Shown piece by piece: positions 12,041-23,671 of a stretch of 64,000 nt of DNA (positions within the stretch are counted from its first letter, which is position 1; the number at the start of each line of letters is the position of its first letter). This stretch comes from Saccostrea cucullata. Lineage: Eukaryota. Below the pieces are notes generated by a model. It ran no database searches. It had not been told where the DNA came from and worked only from the letters and a program-made list of their open reading frames with translations. A program made the translations under genes and the position numbers. The stretch spans positions 310,001 to 374,000 of the forward strand of contig NW_026929545.1 of assembly GCF_032062105.1 (NCBI RefSeq). Reading direction: 5' to 3'.

Positions 12041-15000
12041 ATGGATTTTATAAAAATCACCATTATATTTTTTTTAGTCACAGGTAAGAAAAATTTATTC
12101 AGAAATTTGGTAAATACTTCAAAGAAAACGTCAAAATGTTAATCTAGCTCAAATAAATTAGATTTCTTTTAGTAAAAATTTGACATATGTGTGATTATAT
12201 AGCTTGATTATCATGGAATGCACAGTAATAGCATTGGAAAAATTATATTTTGTCATAATATTATCATGATAATTTTTACAGAATACAGTTGCATTCCATT
12301 GCCCGGGTTAGAAGGATTGTCATCATCTGGTTCCAATGTATACAAATCACAAATACCAACCGACGAAAATATTCAAAACTTTATCAACGAAGGAGCTGAT
12401 TTCAACGCAATTTTAAATCCCAAAACGAAACAAAAATACCAGACTAAAGATTCAGCTTCTAGTATGCCGATTGTAGCGCAATCAAACTCGCTCCTGAACT
12501 TGTTGGAAAATATAAATGGAGTTCAACTTTTGAAATTATTAAATAACATGATAAAGTCACCAAACGGAGAACAAACCGTTTTAACCAACAACGAGATGAA
12601 ACCTCATGAAATGAATAAAAATCCCTCCGATGCAGGATCTGCGAACAATCAGGAGATTCATCGATATTCATCAATAAGTCCTAGCACTACAAGAATTCCC
12701 TCGAAAAACATTTCCCGAATTCCCTCTGATGCTAGTCGACAAGACTTACAAATAAAGAATATGCAAACAACTGGTTCCGGTGCAACAACTAATGGTGGTG
12801 ATGAGAGTACAGATGAGCATAAACTGTTACATTCATCTGGAACACATAAGCCGCTATCCTCTATACCCTCCGGCACAAATGAAGTGAATCTCCCTCAAGG
12901 CTTTACTGGTGGGATAAATTCTGGTGTAATGGGGGTTCAGGCACTGAATACCAACAACAACGCAGGCATGTATAACCTAGCTCAGCAGTACACCAACCCT
13001 ATGTCGATGTTAGCTGCAGGGATGGGTTCGACAGGAGGAGGAGGAAGCCTGGACAACGTGGAGTCTTCTCCAAACACAGTTGATAATGAGGCTCCACAAG
13101 TGGGAAAGACTCCTGGATTTGATCCCAATCGACTGATGAGCTCTTGGGCAAGTACAAATAACTTCAACCCCGGAGAGTATAACGTTGGACAAAACTTTAT
13201 ATCAACAGACGAATGGACAAAATATGCAAATCAACCCACTGGTTACACTGGTTTGATGCAACATATAACTCAAAACACAATGGGGAGCAACAGCAAAAAA
13301 GAAAATCAAGAAAAGCATACGGAAAACAAATTTCCACAAGAGCATTTTCAAACACAAGGATCGTCTCTGGACACATATCAAAATTCGGCATTGACTGCAA
13401 AAATGAATTTTGCTCCAAATAACATGATTATGCCTGTGTCAAATCCTCAGATGCCGAAATTACCCATAAAATTCAACTTTGATCCCGATAGTTTGAATTC
13501 ATTTACAGGATCCTTTCGGCCTGGGCAGTTTGCACCTGTACCTGCAGCTAATGTAGGGGAAACAGACTTTGGTACGAATGTTATAAAACATCATTTATCA
13601 GGCTTTCCAGATAAAATGCTTTCAAAGCACAATCAACAACTTCAAAATTTAAAGAAAACAGAATATCAGAAATCTCCCGAGATTCCTAAATTTAAACCAA
13701 GTAAAAATGCATTTGAAAATGTTCATATGGGGTTTAGTCCTGATTTTTTCGTAGGACCAATATATCAGTCTTCGAAGAAAATACCACACGTGAGTGATGC
13801 ACAAAGAGCAAAGTTAGAAAATCGAAGCGATCATAAATCTGTTAAAAGCAAACTCTTAGTTTTAAAAAGAGATCAGAATGTTGTTTCTACCACAAGTACC
13901 TCTAGATCAAATTTGACCGTTCAGACAACAACACCCTCTGCTTCTACTACCACAGATAAAACTATAACAACTCCTGATACCTCAAAGACTACATCCCTTG
14001 TAGACATTGGGGGATTCAACCCGGATGAAGTGAACAGACCGGTTATGTATAACCCAGGTATGTCACCAGGAATGAGTGTTGAATCATTCCAAAATTTTCA
14101 GTACAGTCCTCAACATCATAGAGTCAATTCAACTTCAACAGGTCAAACCTTTCAATTTACTGGTATGGGATTTTATCCATCAGAGGTCAATAATGCAAAG
14201 ATGAATTTTGATGTTAATTCGCAACTCGGTATCCCAGGTGGATCTTCATCGGTTAGTGGACAAACCTTTGGTGGAGGTTACGATCCCATTAAAACAAATA
14301 TTCTAGCCATCCAAAATCCATTCTCTACCAACAATCAAACTCAAGGGCCATCTTTCACGGCTGGTAAGGTGTCTGGATTTGGATCTGCCTTCATTGGTTC
14401 CTTCAATCCCAACAGTGTAAATGAAGGTATGATGAAGGATCTGTTGAACTCCCAGGCAAACAGTAACAGTAGTGGGAATTATTTCGGTATGGGAATGACT
14501 GGCTTTGACACGTCTGGATATGGAGGTAATTTCGACCCATCATCAGTAAACAATGCTGTTTTCAATCCAAATGAAGTAAACAATATTAAAATGCACTTTG
14601 ATCCAAGCGAGATGTTGGATAAAAACCCCGGATACGACACCGATAAAGCGCTGGCATATAAGTTTAATCCAAATAACATTAATAACATGCAGGCAAATTT
14701 TCAGCCATTATTTCTACAAAATAACAACGTCCATGAACCTACAAATAGCACTCATGATCCCAAAACCAATCCCTATAATGGCGCTAATTTCGTACCTGGT
14801 TTACTTGGAGGAGGAAGCAAAAATGAAATCCCAATCTTTAATCCAGCAACAGTGAACAATGCTCACATGAACTTTTCCCCAATCGGAGTGAATAACCTCC
14901 CAGACATGCCAAAAAATAACAGCAAGACGAGCAATACTACCAACTCATCAGATGAATCATATTCTTTCTTTAATCCTAATGACATGATTTCCAACATGAA

Positions 15001-15175
15001 TAACCATCCTGCCGGAATTATGAATTCTGTTGAAACACCAAACAAAGAGAGTCGGTCAGAGAATGCTTTTGTCCCAGGTTTACTAGCAGGTGGAGAGGGC
15101 ATTCCCGAAAGTGACAAAATAGAACGAAAAAACGAAAAAGAACAACCTCGAAGTTCGAGTTTGAGAGATATTTAA
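12041..15175 (+). CDS. Cluster gene 4: 978-aa secreted Asn/Ser/Pro/Met-rich protein with many F[DN]P motifs; exons 12041-12083, 12282-15175
   Basis: MDFIKITIIFFLVT|gtaag...tttacag|EYSC-IPLPG in frame with the 985-aa ORF; AATAAA at 15207-15212. Confidence 0.88.
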
Positions 15176-15693
15176 TGCCAACAATTCGATGTTTTTTTCC
15201 TTACTAAATAAAGCTATACTGAATATATATATATTCTCGATTACTTATTTGCTACGTTGAGGTTATGTTTGTAAGTATGGACAACCTATAATTCTAGCTG
15301 TATAAGTAATTTTTATACAGTTTAATTTTAAACACGAAAACATATCACCGAAATTTGAACAAGCAAGTCGTATTCTACGTTATCAGAAACAAAAGACAAC
15401 CAACAATAAATAGAAGTATGTGATGTGACAATATCATTGATATTTAAAACAAGAGAAAGAATTAACTCTGTCGTTTTGAGTTGGACTTATATCGTTCACC
15501 TGTCTAACAACTTCCGAGGACTATTTCTTATCGTTACCTCGTGAGCTACTGATGATAAGATTTAGTACCGTTTAATTAAACACAGGTCTTCAACGTTTGA
15601 CACAAATATATCGCATTGTTACATGATAATTACGGGAAACGAACGCATCTGAACCAACATAAGTGTAGACACATATCAGTCTCTCGTGGAATT

Positions 15694-18600
15694 ATGTGGC
15701 TGCCATTAATATTAACGGTAGCTTTAATTACCACTTGTGCTAGCCGTGACCTCAGAGGTAGAAAATTTATTAATTCTCTAATTCAAAGAAATTTGAATGA
15801 AATTGACTGATAGAATTTAAACATTTTAAAAATATTTTATTGAGTGCTTCGCTAGTGAATGTATGTAATTGATAATTTTGTTTATGTTTGCTTATTTTTT
15901 TCCTTTTAAAAATGTTTTCGAGATATTATTTGTATACAGTCCGCCAAACACAATCAGGGAGCACAAGCAGTGGAAGTACTTCCGGAAGTGGCTCTAGTTC
16001 CGCTTCAAGTCAGCCCAGTGGGGGATCTAGTTCCGGTTCTGGCCAGCAGCTTTCACAAAATATGCAGCCGCCATCATTTTTACTCAACCCTTCACAATTT
16101 ATGAGTGGCTCAAGTGCGTATGTATCAATATGAATGAGCAATTAAGTCTACCAGATAATTTTTTACAAAATAAAGATTGATACTAGCATAATTAAGACTT
16201 AAACAAGTAATGAAACACATTTATCTAAGGTGTTATTATATAATGGTGTTAAGATTTCTTTGGCAGATCCTCTCCATCAAATCCCGGTGCGGGTAGTGGA
16301 GGATCTAGTGGTTCGTCGAGTAGCGGATCCAGCAGTGGAAGTTCATCTTCACCTTCCTCTAGCAGTGGGAGCTCATCTTCTCCATCCTCTAGCAGTGGAA
16401 GCTCAACTTCATCTTCCTCTGGGAGTGGTAGCTCAACTATCCCAAAGTTTGATCCTAACAAAGTCAACCAAATTCAAGCAAGCTTTTTAGATCCGTCCAA
16501 ACTACAGCTTGGACCATCTGGCGGTGGTGGAGGTGGATTTGATCCCGACCAGTTTAATAGCATGTCATTTAATTTCTTTAATCCCGGTGCACTTTTAAGT
16601 GGCGGTGGAAATCAAGGACCATCCGGAAGGCGTAAGTTGTTTTTGTTTATCAGATGGTTTTACAAAAAGAATGTTCGTTTCATTTAATAGTAGTAATAAG
16701 AAAAGAACTTTTTTATTGAGCTTATTAAAAATTCACTGAATATGCCCTATAATAAGGATTCTTGTATTATTTTTTCATTTTGTAAGGGAGAAGACAAGCG
16801 GCAAGTTCTGGGGGTAGCAGCAGTAGCAGTGGAGGAGGTGGAGGTAGCAGTCCACCAAAGTATGATCCAAACAGTGTCAACAAACTCACATCAAACATGC
16901 TAGACCCATCCTCTTCTAAACTTGGAGCCAGTAACGGTGCCGCTGGTGGATTTGATCCAGATCAGTTTAATACAATGCAGTTCAACTTTTTCAACCCCAA
17001 CCAGATGTCTGGTGGTGGCGGCGGCGGTGGTGGTGGTAGCAGTGGAAGCAGCGGGAGTGCACCAAAGTTTGATCCAAACAGTGTCAACAAAATCCAGGCC
17101 AATATGCTGGACCCGTCTACTTCTAAGCTTGGAGCCAGTGGTGGAGCAGCTGGCGGATTTGATCCCGACCAGTTTAACACTATGTCCTTCAATTTCTTCA
17201 ATCCTCAAGCACAAGTTGGAAAGAGAAGTAAGAATTTGAGTTCGTATTCCTAAATTTTTAACAGAAATTACAGAGCTCACCTCAACTAATGTTGTCTTTA
17301 GAAAGGCAAAGTCCCATACTAAACTGATACTCTGGTAGTGTACATCCCAAGATGCAGCATCTATGCCAGTTTGGTTCAGGTTTGTCTTAATGTTATTTGG
17401 GAATGAACCTGCTCTTTAAACTTGAACCTGGTCCCTTTTCTGGAAAAAAAGTAGCTCAAATTCAGAAACTATATCAACCTTGATAGTGTGCATCAATAAA
17501 TGCGACTTTATTGTAATATTGGTTAGCATAGGGCTTGTAGTCACTTTGCAAATAAACTACTCCGAAAACTATAGAATGGTCACTCATCTGGATAACTGAG
17601 GTCAAAAACAACGCTTTAGCAAGTCCGGTAGTACGCATCCTTAGATGCGTCATCCTAGTTTTGTCAGCATAGGGCTTTTTGCAATTGTTATTTGAAAATA
17701 AGACCTGCTCCAAAACCATTAATTTATAGCTATCTAGAAATGTACAGATCCAGCATCCAAAACAATCCACTTATCTGGAAAATATAGGATAGATCCAGCA
17801 TCCAAAGCAAACCAGGTAGTGTTTATCCTTGGATGTATCATCCATGTAAATTTGGTCAATATAGATCTAATAAAAACTTGGAAATTAGATCTGATCCAAA
17901 AACTTTCACCTTGTCACTCATCCGGAAAATGTGGGTCAGGTCAAGCATCCGAAGCAAGACTCATAGTGTACAGTTTTAGATGTATCATTTGTGTAAATTT
18001 GACCCAAATAAGGTTTATAGTTACTTGGGAATGAGACCTGATCCAAAAATATTCACCTGCTCCAAAAACATTAACCTGGTCCTTATTTAGCTGAAATTGT
18101 AACATCTGAAACCTTGACTGGTACAATGAAACATTCTACAAACATCTTCAATGCATCTCAGCTCAATTCAGGGCATAAAAGAATTTGATAAGAAATCTGC
18201 TCCAAAAAACTTTAACATAAGACGCCGACGGTTTTACATTAGCTTCTCCAACTTCGATGAGGTGAGCTTATTATTCGCTGAGGTGAGCTTAAAAAAGAGA
18301 ACATTGAGCAATTTATATTTCGTCCATAGGCCTCTTAAAACGTCAGAGCTCTCCATCTGGCCCGAGCAGTAGTGGTGGAAGCAGCGGAAGTAGCAGTGGT
18401 GGAAGCAGTCCACCAAAGTATGATCCAAACAGTGTCAACAAACTCACATCAAACATGCTAGACCCATCCTCTTCTAAACTTGGAGCCAGTAACGGTGCCG
18501 CTGGTGGATTTGATCCAGATCAGTTTAATACAATGCAGTTCAACTTTTTCAACCCCACCCAGATGTCCGGTGGTGGAGGCGGCGGTGGTGGTGGTAGCAG

Positions 18601-20320
18601 TGGAAGCAGCGGGAGTGCACCAAAGTTTGATCCAAACAGTGTCAACAAAATCCAGGCCAATATGCTGGACCCGTCTACTTCTAAGCTTGGAGCCAGTGGT
18701 GGAGCAGCTGGCGGATTTGATCCCGACCAGTTTAACACTATGTCCTTCAATTTCTTCAATCCTCAAGCACAAGTTGGAAAAAGAAGTAAGAGTTATAGTT
18801 CGTATTCCTTAAATTGTTAAAAGAGATTACAGAGCTCACCTCAACTAATGTTGTCCTTTAGAAAGGCAAGACTAACCATACTAAACTCATTATCCTTGGA
18901 TGCATCATCCATGCAAGTTTGGTCAATATAGATCTAATAGTTACTTTGAAATTAGGTCTGCTCCAAAAACTTCCACCTTGTCACTCATCTGGAAATGTGG
19001 GTCAGGTCAAGCATCCGAAGCAAGCATGGTGGTGTACATCCCTAGATGTATCATTTGTGTACATTTGGTCAAACTAAGGTTAATACATATGGCTACTTGA
19101 AAAATGCAACCTGATCCAGACTTAAACCTGCTCAAAAAGCATAAAACAAATCCATATTTTGCTGAAACTGCAACATCTGAAACCTTGACTGGTGCAATGA
19201 AACATACTACAAACATCTCCAATACATCTCAGCTCAATTTAGGACATAAAAGTACTTGATAAGAAATCTGCTCCAAAAACTCTAACATAGGACCTCGTTG
19301 TAGTGAGCTAATAATGATTTGAACTTATAAAAAAGACAATATTGAGCTATCTATATTTCTTCCACAGGTCTCTTAAAACGTCAGAGCTCTCCATCTGGCC
19401 CGAGCAGTAGTGGTGGAAGCAGCAGTGGTGGAAGCAGTCCACCAAAGTATGATCCAAACAGTGTCAACAAACTCACATCAAACATGTTAGACCCATCCTC
19501 TTCTAAACTTGGAGCCAGTAACGGCGCGGCTGGTGGATTTGATCCAGATCAGTTTAATACCATGCAGTTCAACTTTTTCAACCCGAACCAAATGTCTGGT
19601 GGCGGTGGTGGTGGTAGTGGCAGTGGTGGAAGCAGCGGGAGTGCACCAAAGTTTGATCCAAACAGTGTCAACAAAATCCAGGCCAATATGTTGGACCCGT
19701 CTACTTCTAAGCTTGGAGCCAGTGGTGGAGCAGCTGGCGGATTTGATCCTGACCAGTTTAACACTATGTCCTTCAATTTCTTCAATCCTCAGGCACAAGT
19801 TGGAAAGAGAAGTAAGTACTTTGTTCACATTTTGAAAATGATTTTAGTTTTATTTAAATTGTTTCTCTGATGTTTATACTGATGTTCTTTTTATTAAGAT
19901 CTTCGAAGACGTCAGACCTCACAAACATCAACTGGTTCCAGTGGGTCAACATCTGGATCATCAACCAGCGGCGGTTCAAGCAGTAGTTCATCTTCCGGTG
20001 GCGCTTCTCAGATGATGAGCCCAAGCATGTTTATCAACCCCAGCAATTTTTTAATGGGAGGAAACTCTGGAAGCAGTAGTGGAGGAAGTTCCCCTTCGTC
20101 AACTTCTTCCTCCTCCCCTTCCACCTCCTCCTCTTCTGGTGGAAGTGCACAACAACCTTCCTTTGATCCAAACAAAGTTAATCAAATTCAGTCCAGTTTT
20201 CTGGATCCTTCAAAGGCACAGCTCGGTTCGGGTGGCTCAGCGTCAGGAGGATTTGACCCTGATGCAGTCAATACTCTGTCATTTAACTTTTTCAATCCTA
20301 AAAATCTTCTTGGACGTTAA
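15694..20320 (+). CDS. Cluster gene 5: 789-aa secreted Ser/Gly-rich polyprotein with eight copies of a ~45-aa FDPN...FNFFNP module; exons 15694-15757, 15940-16117, 16267-16631, 16787-17227, 18330-18785, 19368-19811, 19899-20320
   Basis: Signal peptide MWLPLILTVALITTCAS; all six introns GT-AG and frame-compatible (2370 nt total); junction sequences G-RRRR-Q, G-KR-SLL-KR-Q (twice), G-KR-NL-RRR-Q; ends LL-GR*. Confidence 0.88.
16787..19811 (+). repeat. Tandem triplication of an exon plus flanking intron within gene 5
   Basis: Exons 16787-17227, 18330-18785 and 19368-19811 are near-identical; introns 17228-18329 and 18786-19367 share both ends (attacagagctcacctcaactaatgttgtc; aacatctgaaaccttgactgg...). 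Confidence 0.92.
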
Positions 20321-22044
20321 GAATAAACAGACAAAGAAAAAAGTTCTTTTATTGTAAAAACGATCAGTTTATAACAAAACTTGTTTTTACTTTCCAGATC
20401 TGGTTTTCTTTTCAGAAAAAAAGAGAACAACAATATTCATATGAAATTTATTGCAATGAGCTTATGATATCTAGATCCTTCTTACTGAGTGAAAAGACCT
20501 GGTTATTAAATGATAACTTTTTAAAATTGTCTTCTGAATGAGAAAATTACGATGGCGAATAGATTTCGAATTAGCAGTACGAATGGAGAGCCATTTTACC
20601 CTGGTATGATACCAATAAATGTGATGAAAAATTCACCTCTAGGTTGTATTATTGAAATGTATTACTATAACTCTTATCTGTGAAAAAACGAAATATAGAA
20701 CAGTTTTATGAAGTTGTCTAACAATTAATTAATCAAAATCACATTATAACTAAACGTCAAATTTTATCACGAAAAATTTACATCTGAAAAAGTCGTTAAT
20801 AAACATATCAAAACAACCTTAAAACTGCTTCAAATATAATTCATTGCAAATTTCTATTGGTATGATATAAATTTTGATAACACTACTGAATCAATTTACT
20901 ATTGGGTCACATACAATTGTCCTTGACACTAAATAAGGCGTGATAAAGGGAATGATATACGATAGATAAGGCACATTACATGTTTCCGGTTCTCACAGCT
21001 ACTCTACTAAGACTGATATGTCATCATGCCAAGGTACAAGAAAAGTCTCAGGAAGAGTTTATTTCCATAACAGAACCACTTTTATCGGTGGAATGCAGTA
21101 TCTATAAAAAGTGCCAAAGTCTTGCAGTGCTCCTGACGCGTTTTCCTGATAATGGAATAAAATTGGTGCATGGGAATGCGTATATGCATATTCCACACCT
21201 ATATGACCTTTACAAACAATAAAAGCTTGATGATTCTTTTCACTACAATTACAATGAATGTCATATATCTTTAAATCATTAAATTTTAAGTTTTTGTTAA
21301 AAAAAATTCGAATATTATTTTTTTTTCATTAACTTGAGATACATGTTTATTAAAATGAGAGTAGCTTTATGCTATTTTGCAAAGGATATATACATCATAT
21401 CAAGTGCTACAAATTTCATTCTGCTGTGTTTGAGGACATACGCAAGATACCTTACCTACTGATAATTTTTCAAGATATTCTAAATTTAAACTTATAATAC
21501 CATTACATGTTCCTAGACAAACAATCAGCATACGTTACCAGGGGTTCTGAAAAGATATCAAATTGTGAAAATTTTTGCATTATTCAAAGAAAAATGTACA
21601 AAAATTACAAAACATAAATTACAGATTTTTTTTCATCAAAAATTGTTTTAGAAGAGGTGTACAAATCCATATACATGTATAGACATTAAAATTATTGCAC
21701 ACAGGTCCTTCATTTAGTGGAACTCTTCAACTTCGGGGAAGATTCCAATAAAGTTCAAACTACATTGGGTATGACCTTAACTACTACTTTTGTGAAAGTT
21801 GCATTTGATTTCTATGTTAAGAAGAACAAGGAAAAATTTCAATCATTTTCCATTCAATCTTTTATAGGGGAAACTTATTATTTTTATTATTCTACTCTGT
21901 AGAGTAACGTTCAAAGACCAAAGATCTCGGTCACTCAGGTCTTTGGACAAACATATACCGTTTCGGTTTAGTCGTATTTTTCATACAAACGAAGAAATGA
22001 TATTAATTCTATTTACTATAAGAGGGTCTAGTAAAGCTTTAATA

Positions 22045-23296
22045 CTGTGGTTTCATAAATATTCGTTAAAGGCAGAGATTTTAAGCACCGCCTTCAAAAA
22101 TACCTGGTCTGGGTAGCCCTGTCAATCAAGTGCATGGAGGTCCATCATTGGATGCTGCAACTTGATTGACATCTACTTACTGGTCCCTGTGTATACCCTG
22201 TACACCTTGTTTGGGACTTGGAGGGACTTTCAAATAAACTTTTGATCCTTTGATGTTTACATGGTATAGAGAAACTGTATTTCTATGATTTTTTTTTAAT
22301 TTTTTTAAATAGATTTTTTTAGATTGATAATACATGAATTAAATAAACCTTAAGTATTTGAAAGGATTATGAAATAATATGGATTTTAAAAAAATTAACC
22401 TTTGGTACATAACACTTATTTTTTTCAAATGAAATTTCTTTATTAATTTTGATATGCTAATTTTAAATGGTAAACCTAAAGTGGAAATGTTCTTGAAAAA
22501 GTTCAGAGCAGCACTGTGTGAAGTAATTAAATGTAGAAAATATTTATTAATGTTTCTAATCATGGGTCACTATATTTTCCTTTTTTTTATTCTGATAAAA
22601 ATTTACAAGTAATCTTTTTTAACGTTTCATGGTGACAAACACTTATTAAGGTTAGGACAAACCTAGATATTTCTTAATGAAATGTACTTAACAAGACTTT
22701 CTTTTCATTTAATAGATGAGATCCTGGGAATGAATGAAGTCAAATTTGGTTTTTACAGCAGTTTTTTTTTTAAATCATCACATACACTAACATCTAAAAT
22801 AATCTTTATTTCAATATTTGAAATAATAGCATGATATATCATGATTTTTTTGTAATGTTTAAGGGTGTTTTCAAACATTCAAAAATGAATCAAGAAACCC
22901 TTTTACTATACTAAATTAATTTAAAATTGTCTCAAAATCCCCAAAACAGGTAAAGTTTGACATCTGGGTATTTCACTGTGTATTAAATTACTTCGTGTGT
23001 ATAGGTATTAGGAGACAAACGACCACAGGTAGACTGCTAGCCCCAAGGCATTCACACCTGTACAAAATAAGCCCCTCCCTCACCTGGAATTTACCACCCG
23101 GTAAAAAATAAAATCTCTGCCTTTAAGCACCAATTTTCGAGGATTACGTTGTTGAGGAGATCCACGAAATTCAATGTTCACTGAATTAATAAAGATGTTA
23201 TACATTTGTATATGCAACGCTTTTGTTCAGGAAATTACGTATCCTCGAAAACAAATTCACGAAAATTGATTCCTACGAAAATTGAAGAAACCACAG
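22045..23296. mobile_element. TA-flanked MITE interrupted by a TTAA element
   Basis: ta-ctgtggtttc...ttcgt / acgaa...gaaaccacag-ta. Confidence 0.65.
22070..23122. mobile_element. TTAA-flanked non-autonomous element (Kolobok-like), ~1.05 kb
   Basis: ttaa-aggcagagatttt ... aaaatctctgcct-ttaa. Confidence 0.75.
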
Positions 23297-23671
23297 TAGT
23301 TAATAGTTGTGTTTGGGAAAAATGATGTTAGGTACAACATTCACAAATTTTTAGTACAAGAATTCTGAAAATCTAGCATTTTTTTTAAAATGAGGGAAGT
23401 ACACCCCTTCTCTAAAATAAATCCCTCATATATATTATAAAAGTACATATAATTCTTGAAGATTTGAATGTTAATACAAGCCTTTACAATTATTGATACG
23501 AACCAAAAAAATATCCGAGAAGAATACTAATTAGAAAGAGAGAAATTTGATATCCGTAGTTAAATGTCTATGAACATGCATGATCGATTCCATAACATGT
23601 CTTATCTATAACGTTACCATGATATTGTAGTTGTTGATCTTGGCCTCATAGCCTAAAATTACAGAAATAAA

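Noticed and set aside
12218-12281. ORF-track start MHSNSIGK for the 985-aa ORF
   Set aside because: Reads through intron sequence; the signal exon at 12041-12083 splices in at 12282
16900-19835. Repeated antisense and alternative-frame ORFs over gene 5 exons
   Set aside because: Shadows of Gly/Ser codon repeats, repeated only because the exon is triplicated
20935-21970. Possible eighth cluster gene or pseudogene between genes 5 and 6 (GATA motifs, TATAAAA near 21103, ORF 20980..21222, exon-like pieces near 21705 and 21904)
   Set aside because: Could not build an in-frame model with a convincing signal peptide or any FDPN motif
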